From Acutalibacteraceae bacterium (GTDB taxonomy: Bacteria > Bacillota > Clostridia > Oscillospirales > Acutalibacteraceae), in NCBI GenBank assembly GCA_045538055.1, contig JAZSQQ010000077.1:20365-84364 (forward strand): a DNA stretch of 64,000 bases, given 5' to 3'. This document shows positions 29,097-38,205 of this stretch, piece after piece. Numbering within the stretch: position 1 is the stretch's first letter; the number at the start of each line of letters is the position of its first letter. The notes under the pieces were generated by a model, which saw only the letters and a list, made by a program, of their open reading frames with translations, did no database searches and had not been told where the DNA came from. Position numbers and translations under genes: made by a program.

Positions 29097-30177
29097 TTTG
29101 CATTGTCTCCTTTCGGAAATTGTTTAGCTGATCTGCCATATCCGTTTGTGTAGACGGAAACAGATGAGCGTAATTATAAGTGATGTTGATGCTTTCGTGT
29201 CCTACACGTTCAGCAATCGCAACTGCCGAATATCCCATTTCTATTAAGAGAGAAATGTGACTATGTCTCAAATCATGGATACGGATACGCTTAATGCCTG
29301 CTTCATCTGCACCTCGTGTCATTTCACGATGCAAATAATTTTTTGATATATTAAAAATTCGATCATTCTTTTTAAGTCCATAAATTTTTGAAATATAAGT
29401 TTTAATTTCTTCAGCAAGAAAATCAGGCATTTTAATAACACGATTACTTTTTGTCGTTTTGGGGTCAGTAATAACATCTCGACCGTCTATGCGTTGATAG
29501 GATTTATTAATTGTAACTGTGCTATGTTCAAAATCGAAATCACCCGCCGTCAACGCTAACAATTCTCCTTCACGAATACCGCACCAATAAAGCATTTCAA
29601 AAGCATAGTATGATATCGGTTTATTCATCACAGCAAATGCGAATTTCTGATATTCCTCTTGTGTCCAAAACAACATCTCACGGTTTTTAGATTTACCCAT
29701 ATTACCAACCTTTGCTGCAGGGTTTTCTTTCAATCCATAGAACTTAACTGCGTGATTGAAAATTGCGCTAAGCTGATTGTGTAATGTTTTAAGGTATACC
29801 GGGGAGTAGGTTTGATGATTTTTGTTGCGAGCTTTAATCATTTCATTTTGCCAAGCGATAATATCCCTTGGCTGAATTTCATTTATTTTACGTTTACCGA
29901 AGTACGGCAGAATCTTCGTTCGAATAATATGCTCTTTAGTTTGCCAAGTATTTTCTTTAAGGCGAGTTTTCATATCCACCGTATAGGTTTCAATAAAGCT
30001 CGCGAAGGTCATACTGAGGTCAGCCTGACTCTTGTTCAAAAACTCACGCTCCCAAGCAAGTGCATCTCGCTTTGTAGGAAATCCTCTCTTGGTGCTTTGC
30101 TTTCGCTCTCCCTTCCAATCGGTTACTCGGTAGTAAACCATCCAGGTGTTTGTTTTTTCATCTTTGTAAACAGCCAT
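29086..30177 (-). CDS. int: Tyrosine site-specific integrase (element A)
   Basis: 363 aa. N-terminal arm-binding-type domain MAVYKDEKTNTWMVYYRVTDWKGERKQSTKRGF. Catalytic region HDLRHSHISLL...GHESINITYNYAHL. Confidence 0.9.
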   Translation of the reverse strand: MAVYKDEKTNTWMVYYRVTDWKGERKQSTKRGFPTKRDALAWEREFLNKSQADLSMTFASFIETYTVDMKTRLKENTWQTKEHIIRTKILPYFGKRKINEIQPRDIIAWQNEMIKARNKNHQTYSPVYLKTLHNQLSAIFNHAVKFYGLKENPAAKVGNMGKSKNREMLFWTQEEYQKFAFAVMNKPISYYAFEMLYWCGIREGELLALTAGDFDFEHSTVTINKSYQRIDGRDVITDPKTTKSNRVIKMPDFLAEEIKTYISKIYGLKKNDRIFNISKNYLHREMTRGADEAGIKRIRIHDLRHSHISLLIEMGYSAVAIAERVGHESINITYNYAHLFPSTQTDMADQLNNFRKETMQNVS

Positions 30178-30182
30178 TTATA

Positions 30183-30383
30183 TCACTTCCTTTCCTTATT
30201 TTTGGCTGCATCATAACATGTTTTTTCTAAAAAGAATTGTTTATTGACTTTGCCGGCCATTACGAAAAAGCCTTGTTCTTTTAATTCGGCGTTCATTTTT
30301 CGGATTACTTTATAAGCAAATGATTTTGAAATTTTGAGTGCTTGTGCAACATCGTCAGCAGTCATATAATAATCTTCAAACAT
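30183..30383 (-). CDS. xis: Excisionase-type small HTH DNA-binding protein (element A)
   Basis: 66 aa, MTADDVAQALKISKSFAYKVIRKMN. Lies immediately upstream of int, with an AAAGGAGA RBS. Confidence 0.7.
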   Translation of the reverse strand: MFEDYYMTADDVAQALKISKSFAYKVIRKMNAELKEQGFFVMAGKVNKQFFLEKTCYDAAKNKERK

Positions 30384-30416
30384 TGTACCATCTCCTTTCT
30401 TGATTTTTAATCACAT

Positions 30417-30547
30417 GACTTAACTTGATTTGTTTAGTGCATCTGTATTATACTAAACAAATTTGATTAAGTCAAGCGTGTTTTGAAAAAATATTAAACA
30501 AAAATGTTTATATTATATTGACTTAACTTAAACATTTGTGCTATACT
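30417..30547. promoter_or_regulatory. Divergent promoters with shared TTGACTTAA boxes (xis-int promoter and XRE promoter)
   Basis: Minus strand: TTGACT (30475-30470), 17-nt spacer, TATAAT (30452-30447). Plus strand: TTGACT (30518-30523), 18-nt spacer, TATACT (30542-30547). An imperfect inverted repeat (30417-30438 with 30452-30473) overlaps the minus-strand promoter. Confidence 0.6.
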
Positions 30548-30581
30548 ATCGCATATTGCATAAGCAAGGAGTGAAATTTCT

Positions 30582-31076
30582 ATGGCAATTGGTGAAAGAA
30601 TTCGATTTTTTCGAAAACTGAAAGGAATGACACAAAAGTTTCTCGGCGTTAAGGTTGGATTCCCGGAGAAAACTGCCGACATCCGCTTAGCTCAATATGA
30701 GTCCGGCACAAGAACACCTAAAGCAGATTTAACTGAAGCACTTGCCGATGCTTTGGGCATTTCTACTATGGCACTGAATGTTCCTGATATTGATACGGAT
30801 CTCGGCTTTATGCATACCCTCTTTGCATTAGAGGATATTTACGGCTTGAAGATCGACAAGCTCAATGACGAGGTTTGTATTCGCCTTGATAAAAACAGAG
30901 GAACATCTAACATTTCTTTGCTTGAGCGTTTTGCCGCTTGGCAGAAAGAAGCGGAGAAGTATCGCAACGGTGAAATCAGCAAAGAGGAATATGACCGTTG
31001 GCGTTATACATATCCCGAAGTAGAAGTACAGCGCACAAGGGATGCCCTTGATGCACTGCGAGATCAAGAGGGGTAA
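30582..31076 (+). CDS. XRE-family regulator of element A
   Basis: 164 aa, IRFFRKLKGMTQKFLGVKVGF...RLAQYESGTRTPK. Confidence 0.75.
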   Translation: MAIGERIRFFRKLKGMTQKFLGVKVGFPEKTADIRLAQYESGTRTPKADLTEALADALGISTMALNVPDIDTDLGFMHTLFALEDIYGLKIDKLNDEVCIRLDKNRGTSNISLLERFAAWQKEAEKYRNGEISKEEYDRWRYTYPEVEVQRTRDALDALRDQEG

Positions 31077-31087
31077 TTCAAAACAAA

Positions 31088-32176
31088 ATGGAAGATAAAG
31101 ATGCGTTGAATACAGCTTTAAAAGCGTTCTATGATGCCGAAGTTGAGCACCAGGAAAAGTTAAAGGAAAAATATCCTGATGATGTACCTAATACTGTGTG
31201 TAATCACGCTTTCATCCGTGGATATTCTTTAGAGAACAGTTTTGGACCTAAAGAAGGAGATTACAACTATTTTTGTCAGATAGGATTTGAAACCCTTTAC
31301 ATATGGACATATCAAAAGAACGTTAATTCTGCTTTGGTATCTGAAACCCAACTTGCAGTTAAAGAATTACCATATTGGAAAGCGGCAGCCAATCTAATAT
31401 GGCTCTCCCTGTCTTTTGCAAAATGTTTCGAGTGTGCAACGATAGACGATCTGCCCGATTATAAATGGATGTATTATTTTGATCCTTGTAAATCCACCAT
31501 TGACAACACTACTTTTTATAACTTATCGAGCATTGAGCAAAAATTTATGTCGACAGGAATCCATTTAAAACCAACGGAAATTGCTTCATTGGCATCGGTA
31601 ATTGAGTTACTCATACGAGATGATCAAGCATATACTGCACTTTCTCTTGTGTTTTCTGCCTTTTGCACTCACTCTTGTTGTCTAATCTGCGAAATGAGTA
31701 AGCATCCTTGGCATGACCATTTAGCTGAAGAACCCTCAATATGGCAACAAGCACAAATGTTGCCAAGCCTTGAAACAGCAGTTGTTCAATCATGCCGAGC
31801 TATTGAAGCTATAATTGGTGAACCACCAAATCAAAAAAAGCACGGAAAAGTATTTGCACATAAGCAGCACTGGAAAGACACAATTGGTATTGACCCCGAC
31901 GATATATTTGAAAAAGCAAATATGTCGTATTTAGATTTTTACTACAAACTTTTCTTCGACCTTCGAAACCCTTCTGCTCACAGTTACGGAAATATACACT
32001 ATGATTTGGCTCGTAAGCGAGCAGTTGAGTCTCAATGCTTTGCAGCGATAATTGTTCAAAAATACATTGATAAACATACTGTTGATAACGAAACAGCAAT
32101 TGATTCTCTAAAATTCAATAGAGAATTGCTTGATAAAGTATCAGAAACAATGTCAACCTGCATGACAAAAGAATAA
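31088..32176 (+). CDS. Hypothetical 362-aa protein with a possible HEPN-type Rx4H motif
   Basis: Good ORF directly downstream of the XRE gene. The motif FDLRNPSAHSYG (R-N-x-x-x-H) lies near the C-terminal third. No other recognisable domain. Confidence 0.5.
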   Translation: MEDKDALNTALKAFYDAEVEHQEKLKEKYPDDVPNTVCNHAFIRGYSLENSFGPKEGDYNYFCQIGFETLYIWTYQKNVNSALVSETQLAVKELPYWKAAANLIWLSLSFAKCFECATIDDLPDYKWMYYFDPCKSTIDNTTFYNLSSIEQKFMSTGIHLKPTEIASLASVIELLIRDDQAYTALSLVFSAFCTHSCCLICEMSKHPWHDHLAEEPSIWQQAQMLPSLETAVVQSCRAIEAIIGEPPNQKKHGKVFAHKQHWKDTIGIDPDDIFEKANMSYLDFYYKLFFDLRNPSAHSYGNIHYDLARKRAVESQCFAAIIVQKYIDKHTVDNETAIDSLKFNRELLDKVSETMSTCMTKE

Positions 32177-32179
32177 AAA

Positions 32180-32224
32180 AGAGCTAACAGACTTTGTAAC
32201 AAAAATCTGTTAGCTCTTTATTTA
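32180..32224 (+). terminator. Rho-independent terminator
   Basis: AGAGCTAACAGA ... TCTGTTAGCTCT followed by TTATTTAT. Confidence 0.7.
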
Positions 32225-32317
32225 TGAATAATCTGAAATTGTTGTCAAAACGTTGTCACGAGGCTTTTTGAAACCTCGAAAACCTAGTGTTTATGCGGGT
32301 TTTCAGCGTTTTTGGTA

Positions 32318-32329
32318 TTATTCCCACTC
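32318..32329. repeat. att core copy 1 (identical to the guaA 3' terminus)
   Basis: TTATTCCCACTC matches 61826-61837 at 12 of 12 positions. The upstream GGTATTA also resembles GGTTATTA at 61821. Confidence 0.75.
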
Positions 32330-32594
32330 ACTTAAGTTCGTTATTTTAAATTTTATGAAACCGCGTAAAATCAAGCTTTTTTAAAAGTCGGGACAGGGCA
32401 AAATGACCACTTTTGACCACTTGATACTGTACTTTCAGTATCACCGACACTTTTACCGGGCCGAAAACCAACCCCATCAGCCTGAAAATATGTATTTCAC
32501 GATTCCAAATGGATTGTACCACACAAAAATATAAATGTCAACACTTTAAAGTGATAAAGTACAATCTCTTAGTGTTTTGTTGTTATATCAGTTT
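32319..32594 (+). repeat. Copy 1 of a direct repeat of about 265 bp (element left arm)
   Basis: Aligns with 42968-43230. I count 4 mismatches in the first 165 nt or so, with more divergence after that. Contains TGATACTG (32422) and CAGTATCA (32436). Confidence 0.85.
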
Positions 32595-32770
32595 TAGTTT
32601 TATAAAAGCTGTTGTTTTTTCGTTTGGCTTTGAATTTTGCATAGCTCTTGAAACGGCAATATTTCTGCCGAATTGTTAAAAATAATCACGATATTATTGT
32701 ATTTTATTTTCTATTGTGATATTATCAAATGGGTATCTACATTCAATAGTATAATAAGGGCGATGATTCT

Positions 32771-33133
32771 GTGACTGATAAAGAATTAAAAAGGTTAAGC
32801 CGACTTGAATTGCTGGAGCTTCTTCTGACAGAGACCCGTGAAAACGAAAGACTCAGAGAAGAACTTGAAAAAGCAAAACAGGAAAACAGCATAGAAAAAA
32901 GTGCGGTGCTCCTTAACGAAACTGCAAAGCAACTGGATGAAGCTTTGAAAAAAGTTTCTTCGATGAGCAACATACCGACTGATGCAGGCAGTACCGCTAA
33001 AAAGTCTTTCGCGGGACATAAGATTTTCTCAGGTAATAAACCGAAATTGCTTGATGTTTTTTCAAAAGATATATTCAAGTTAACTGCAAAAGACCGTAAG
33101 ATTAAAAGCCAAAAGAAAACAAAAGCGAAATGA
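32771..33133 (+). CDS. Coiled-coil, lysine-rich hypothetical protein
   Basis: 120-aa ORF with a GTG start. KELKRLSRLELLELLLTETRENERLREELEKAKQEN. The coding call is supported mainly by its position upstream of the signal peptidase. Confidence 0.4.
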   Translation: MTDKELKRLSRLELLELLLTETRENERLREELEKAKQENSIEKSAVLLNETAKQLDEALKKVSSMSNIPTDAGSTAKKSFAGHKIFSGNKPKLLDVFSKDIFKLTAKDRKIKSQKKTKAK

Positions 33134-33174
33134 TTACGATTCTTCTGGTATATTAACGGAGGACATTTTTGTAA

Positions 33175-33822
33175 ATGGCATTCAAAAGAAAGAAAAAAGA
33201 ACTTCAATTTCCCACGTCGATGCAAATCGAAAAAGCGATTGCTAAAGAGCAATACAGCCGTAAGTACAAGAAGGTGCTGAAAAGTACTCTTTCTTCGCTT
33301 ATTGTTGTGGCTGCTATCGCCGTGCTTATTGCAACGCTTGCTTTGCCTGTTCTTCAGATTCAGGGAAGCAGTATGGAACCGACGCTTAATGACGAAGAAA
33401 TTGTTGTTCTTATAAAAACACCAAATCTGAAAAGGGGACAGCTTTGTTGCTTCTCTTATCAGAATAAACTTCTTATAAAAAGAATAATCGGTGTACCGGG
33501 AGATACAATCCTCATTAACGAAAAAGGTTTTGTTTATGTTAATGATGAATTGCTGGACGAACCGTACATTCTTGACCGTGCTCTCGGTGAATGTGATATC
33601 GATTTTCCTTTTCATGTAACCGAAAATCACTACTTCATTCTCGGTGACCACCGTTCTACATCAATCGACAGCCGAAGCTCAGTTGTAGGACTTGTAAGCT
33701 CCGAACAGATTGTCGGCAGGATATTCTTCAGAATCTGGCCTTTTGAGAAGATGGGCGACATAGATTATGAAGAATATCAGGAAAATATCGAAAATCCTGA
33801 TGAACAGAAAACCCAGGAGTAA
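33175..33822 (+). CDS. Type I signal peptidase (S26), pilus-locus associated
   Basis: 215 aa. N-terminal TM segment, catalytic Ser box GSSMEPTL, Lys box LIKRIIGVPGD, and LGDHRSTSIDSR. Confidence 0.85.
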   Translation: MAFKRKKKELQFPTSMQIEKAIAKEQYSRKYKKVLKSTLSSLIVVAAIAVLIATLALPVLQIQGSSMEPTLNDEEIVVLIKTPNLKRGQLCCFSYQNKLLIKRIIGVPGDTILINEKGFVYVNDELLDEPYILDRALGECDIDFPFHVTENHYFILGDHRSTSIDSRSSVVGLVSSEQIVGRIFFRIWPFEKMGDIDYEEYQENIENPDEQKTQE

Positions 33823-33857
33823 ATTGCTGAAAAAATAACAGAAAGGGGGAAGCAATT

Positions 33858-36800
33858 ATGTCAGGTGTGAATCATGAATATCTCAAAGACCATAAGTTGT
33901 TCAGAGTGCGCAACAAAAGAATAGTTGCTTTGTTCCCTGTTATTGCTGTTATTGTTGCAATTGCAGTTTTCTGGTGTCTTAAGCTTGTCGGTATTACGAT
34001 TACGAGTGACGCATTGTGCGAGCTTAATGAGCATACTCATATCAGCAGCTGTTATTCGGGCGACGAGCTTGTCTGCCTTAAGCCTGAGCATACTCATACT
34101 GCAGAATGCTTCCCTGACAAGACAGTTGACACGGAAACAACAGCAGACTGGCTGAAAACCTTAGAACATATAACAATCACAAATAATCTTTCAGAAAATC
34201 TTGTTGCTGTTGCAACGTCGCAGGTCGGATACAGCGAAAGCGACCGCAACTATGAATACAATGCATTCGCTGAAAAGAATAATTACACCCGCTACGGTGA
34301 ATGGTACGGAAGTCCTTACGGTAACTGGAACACGATGTTTGTTTCTTTCTGTATCGGACACGCAAATATCAATAATTCAGATTTGTTGACAAGCGCTTCT
34401 GCAGAATCGATGAGACAGGCATGGCAGAAAAAGGCTGTTTATTCTTCGGCTGAAAGCTATGACGCTCAGAGAGGCGACGTTGTTTTCTTCGATACGGACG
34501 CTAACGGTAAGGCAGACCGTACGGGCATTGCAATTTACAAAAGTGACAAGCTTCTTATGGTTATTGAGGGCGACGTTGACGGTGAGGTAAAGAAGGTTAA
34601 TTACACCAAAACAGATACTGTTCTCGGCTACGGTAAGACAAGCAAACTTTATGTTGCAGAGCATATCACCTCGGTTGATAAAGGCGAGTCAGATATCGGT
34701 ACCGTCAAGCCGACACTTGTGGGTAAGCTTAAGTATTACATCCCAAACAGTGCAACTCATACTACATACAATCTCAGACATTCAGTTCCGCAAAGTGTTT
34801 ACGACAGTGAACCGCTCATTATGATGGCTGCAGCAAATCAGGATATTACATACACCTCACAGCTTGAAGATGAAGTTGTTAATGCTGTGTTTAAAGACCT
34901 GAACGGCAATGTGCTTGGCAGCGGTTCAACTGTTCATATAGGTCAGTCTTACGTTGTTTCGCTTGAATTCAGCGAAATCAACAAGGGCAGTCAGTGGATT
35001 CAGTTTGAGCACAATGATGACGGATATCTAACATATCATATTCCGTCAAACCTCCATTGCGATGAGTTTGACAGCTGGCATAAAATTTCAGCAAAAACCG
35101 AAGCAGGAACTGTTGAAGATGTTGGTGAATATTATGTTGACGGCAACGGATTGTTGAAAGTTAAATTTTATGAAGATGCCAATGGTGTCAACTTCGTTGA
35201 TAAATACGCTAACGTTGACTTCACTATCGATTTCAGTGCAACGGTTGATGCAACACAGTCAGGCGATTCTACAGAAATAAAATTCAACGACGATATTAAA
35301 ATTAACCTCGAAATCGATGGCGAAGCAGGTATTATTGTTACAAAAACTCACGGTGAATACAACGAAGACGATAACACTCTTGAATACACTATCAGGGTCG
35401 ATGCAACGCACGGTCTTGTTAAGGATCTTGTTATCGATGACCAGATATGGGAAAACCATTATGCATTAAGAGACACAATCGTGGTAACAGATCTTGACGG
35501 TAATCTTATCGTTCCGCAGCCGACAGTCAGCGATCATCCTGATCAGTACGCGAACTCAGGCTTCAGGCTTTCCGGTTTTCCTGATTTTTCAGCGGGAGAA
35601 GGTTTCCTTATCAAATACAAATCAACTCCGTATGAAAATCTTCTTTCCAACGATTTCGTTGATATGTGGAACGGTATCGACGCTAACGGTAAAAATCCGA
35701 ATGGCGGAAATGTTTACGACTGGGGTGAAGACTGGATAAAGGTTGAGTTTACAAGGATTGAAAAAGACGGTAAAATGGTCGTTCTTACTGACGCTCAGGG
35801 CAACAAAATTCCTGTCATCGAATGGGGCGTTGGTATCAGAAAAACAGCCGAAAACCTTCAGGGTACTGTTATTATCGATACCCTCGGTGAAGGCCTGGCA
35901 TATTACACAGACCAACCGATTACGATCAAACGTTATGATGAATGGGGTAACAGACTCCCCGATACATACCTTAGTTGGGATCAGGTAACTATCACAAATA
36001 CTAACGGTAAAACTTCAATGCAGTTTGCCCTTCCTTCGGGTTATGCATTTGATCTTATTTACTACACCACTTTCCCACCGTTGGATGAAGGTGAAACAAA
36101 TACCCATACAAACAGAGTTGAAGCAATTATCAACACAAGACCTGAGGGTACTGAAGGTACGGCAGACGTTATCGGCTTCGTGCCTCACGTTGAGAAGCAC
36201 GCAAGCGGTAATGACGGTGAATATATCAACTTCGAAATTAAAGCGGAAGTTTCCGGTGCGATCAAGGATTGGGGTCATTTTTTCATCACTGACCTTGCAG
36301 CTTTCTGGGGATACAACAACGCAGAAGGATATCTTTACGTTCAGAACCTTCCCGAAAATCTTGTTGTAACCGCAACAACCGAAAGCGGACAGGTTATAAC
36401 ATTCACACCTTATGTAGAAGGCGGTCCGACAGAAAATACATATATTCTTGTTGCTCCTGCAGAGGGTAATCAGCACCACAGCTTCAATATTCTGTTTAAC
36501 ACAGCGGACACGAATCCTGACACAATGTTCGAATCATCAAAGTGGCTTTTCCACGAAGATGCAACACTCAAGGTTACCTACAGACTTCCGTTTGATGCTA
36601 AAACAGGTACTGAATGGATCGGTGAGCTTACAGGTGATAAAACTCTCGAAGATGTCCTTCTTGAAGGCTACAAAATGTCAAACGAAGTTTATATGAACTT
36701 TACACAGGCTATTCAGGGCGTTGCAAGTTCACAGTACGAATACTCCCCGATGATAACCAAAAAAGGTTATGTCAATGATAACGGAACGATTGATTACAAT

Positions 36801-38195
36801 GTTGTGTTTAATAACTCCGTTCCGGGCTCGGGCGGTCACAGCGGATATCTTAATAACCAGATATCAAACGTAGTGTTCCACGATGATTTTGACGAAAAGC
36901 TTGAATATGTTAACGGTTCGCTTGTTGTTACTTGTTATTCACCGTATAATGCAAACACATGGCTTGCGAAGTACAGGTACAACGGTACAGTATCAGGCAA
37001 TTCCTTTGACATACGTGCAGAAGATTTCCAACTTGTTGAATACAATACCGAAGCCGGATGGGGCGGACTTGCATATACTGCAAATTTAAAGGATTACTAT
37101 GAACACATCAACGCCGGCGGTAAGTATGTTTTTAACTATCAGCTCAAGGTTAAGGATGAGCACCTTACCACAACCGACCATTCAAAGTATCAGCTTGATA
37201 ACGTAGTTGAACTTACTTGGGGCAGAGACAACACATCGGGTCCTGCACACGAATCCGTAGAGTTTGAAACGGGACTTCTTGATAAGACGGTTGTTCAGGA
37301 AGATTCAAAGCTGTTGTTCGGTATTCACGTCAACCGCGGTGCGCGTGACATCCTTGAAGGTGCAGACACACTGACGATTGAAGACGTGATGACAGAAAAT
37401 CTTTCCGTTTATTGGGATTCAATCAAGCTCAAGTATGAGGACGTTCAGGGCAATTGGGTTGATTTTAATACCGAACAAAGCGAATATGAATACACAATCA
37501 CCTACGACCCTGCAAGCAATAAGCTGACTTTTGTTGTTCCTGATGAGCTTCATATTATAATTGATTATCAAACACTTATTACGGAAAGTGGTCTTGTTTC
37601 TGTCAGCAACTCAATTGTTGTTGACGGTAAGGCTGAAGTTTCCGATATCGTTGATGCTATCTTCCGTGTTGAAGACTACAGTGGTGATGCATCAGGTTCA
37701 AACCAAGAGATAACTCTTATCAAGCAGGACGGCATTACGAACCATCCGCTTCCGGGCGCAAAGTTTATGCTTTTCGGCCCGATGGGTGATGCAAATGCAC
37801 CGCTTCCGCCGGGTGTGACCAGCCGTACAATCACTGCAGAGGACGGCACGGTACTTGACTACATTGGCACTTACACAACGGGTACAGACGGAATCTGCAA
37901 TATTGAGACACAGTATCTTACTCAGGGCGGTCCGTATGCGTTTGTTGAGCATACTGCACCTGAAGGGTATGATCTTTTGGATAAGCCCGTATATTTCTAT
38001 TTCTACGATACGGATCCCGAAGGTTTTATCCAAAGCGTTACCACCCTTATCGCAATTGAAAATTTCAAGGGTTCCCCGATAATTTCGGAAACCGGCGGTA
38101 ACGGTGTTTTATATTCGGCAATGATCGGTTTTGCCTTTACGGCTTCTCCGATTTTGTATAGTTTTATTCGTCGCAAGAGGAAAATGAGGTTTTAG
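33858..38195 (+). CDS. Large pilus tip adhesin candidate: N-terminal TM segment, Cys/His motif pair, CHAP-like domain, multiple Ig/CnaB-like domains, C-terminal sorting signal
   Basis: 1445 aa. CELNEHTHISSCY and CLKPEHTHTAECF motifs. CHAP-like YTRYGEWYGSPYGNWNTMFVSFC...RGDVVFFD...ADRTGIA...IEGD. CnaB-like LPGAKFMLFGP...YAFVEHTAPEGYDLL. C-terminus ISETGG, then a hydrophobic helix, then RRKRKMRF. Confidence 0.75.
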   Translation: MSGVNHEYLKDHKLFRVRNKRIVALFPVIAVIVAIAVFWCLKLVGITITSDALCELNEHTHISSCYSGDELVCLKPEHTHTAECFPDKTVDTETTADWLKTLEHITITNNLSENLVAVATSQVGYSESDRNYEYNAFAEKNNYTRYGEWYGSPYGNWNTMFVSFCIGHANINNSDLLTSASAESMRQAWQKKAVYSSAESYDAQRGDVVFFDTDANGKADRTGIAIYKSDKLLMVIEGDVDGEVKKVNYTKTDTVLGYGKTSKLYVAEHITSVDKGESDIGTVKPTLVGKLKYYIPNSATHTTYNLRHSVPQSVYDSEPLIMMAAANQDITYTSQLEDEVVNAVFKDLNGNVLGSGSTVHIGQSYVVSLEFSEINKGSQWIQFEHNDDGYLTYHIPSNLHCDEFDSWHKISAKTEAGTVEDVGEYYVDGNGLLKVKFYEDANGVNFVDKYANVDFTIDFSATVDATQSGDSTEIKFNDDIKINLEIDGEAGIIVTKTHGEYNEDDNTLEYTIRVDATHGLVKDLVIDDQIWENHYALRDTIVVTDLDGNLIVPQPTVSDHPDQYANSGFRLSGFPDFSAGEGFLIKYKSTPYENLLSNDFVDMWNGIDANGKNPNGGNVYDWGEDWIKVEFTRIEKDGKMVVLTDAQGNKIPVIEWGVGIRKTAENLQGTVIIDTLGEGLAYYTDQPITIKRYDEWGNRLPDTYLSWDQVTITNTNGKTSMQFALPSGYAFDLIYYTTFPPLDEGETNTHTNRVEAIINTRPEGTEGTADVIGFVPHVEKHASGNDGEYINFEIKAEVSGAIKDWGHFFITDLAAFWGYNNAEGYLYVQNLPENLVVTATTESGQVITFTPYVEGGPTENTYILVAPAEGNQHHSFNILFNTADTNPDTMFESSKWLFHEDATLKVTYRLPFDAKTGTEWIGELTGDKTLEDVLLEGYKMSNEVYMNFTQAIQGVASSQYEYSPMITKKGYVNDNGTIDYNVVFNNSVPGSGGHSGYLNNQISNVVFHDDFDEKLEYVNGSLVVTCYSPYNANTWLAKYRYNGTVSGNSFDIRAEDFQLVEYNTEAGWGGLAYTANLKDYYEHINAGGKYVFNYQLKVKDEHLTTTDHSKYQLDNVVELTWGRDNTSGPAHESVEFETGLLDKTVVQEDSKLLFGIHVNRGARDILEGADTLTIEDVMTENLSVYWDSIKLKYEDVQGNWVDFNTEQSEYEYTITYDPASNKLTFVVPDELHIIIDYQTLITESGLVSVSNSIVVDGKAEVSDIVDAIFRVEDYSGDASGSNQEITLIKQDGITNHPLPGAKFMLFGPMGDANAPLPPGVTSRTITAEDGTVLDYIGTYTTGTDGICNIETQYLTQGGPYAFVEHTAPEGYDLLDKPVYFYFYDTDPEGFIQSVTTLIAIENFKGSPIISETGGNGVLYSAMIGFAFTASPILYSFIRRKRKMRF

Positions 38196-38205
38196 GATCT
38201 CAAGG

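Larger units (their letters stand above)
28770..32329 (-). mobile_element. Integrase-proximal module of integrative element A (mobC-like, int, xis, XRE, a 362-aa protein, right arm, att core). Left boundary not identified
   Basis: Same gene order as the right end of element B. Ends at the core copy TTATTCCCACTC (32318-32329). The right arm carries GTTGTCA at 32241 and 32252. Confidence 0.65.

Noticed and set aside
32743-33651. 302-aa minus-strand ORF overlapping the coiled-coil ORF and the signal peptidase gene
   Set aside because: It is antisense to a convincing S26 signal peptidase with intact catalytic boxes. Its own translation is low-complexity (S, F, L and K runs) with no RBS or motif.
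36015-36479. Antisense or out-of-frame ORFs of 100-166 aa inside large genes (also 19664-20050, 41524-41985, 40613-41002, 44087-44587, 61922-62413)
   Set aside because: Each lies wholly within a longer ORF on the other strand that has clear family motifs. None has a recognisable motif or a start context.
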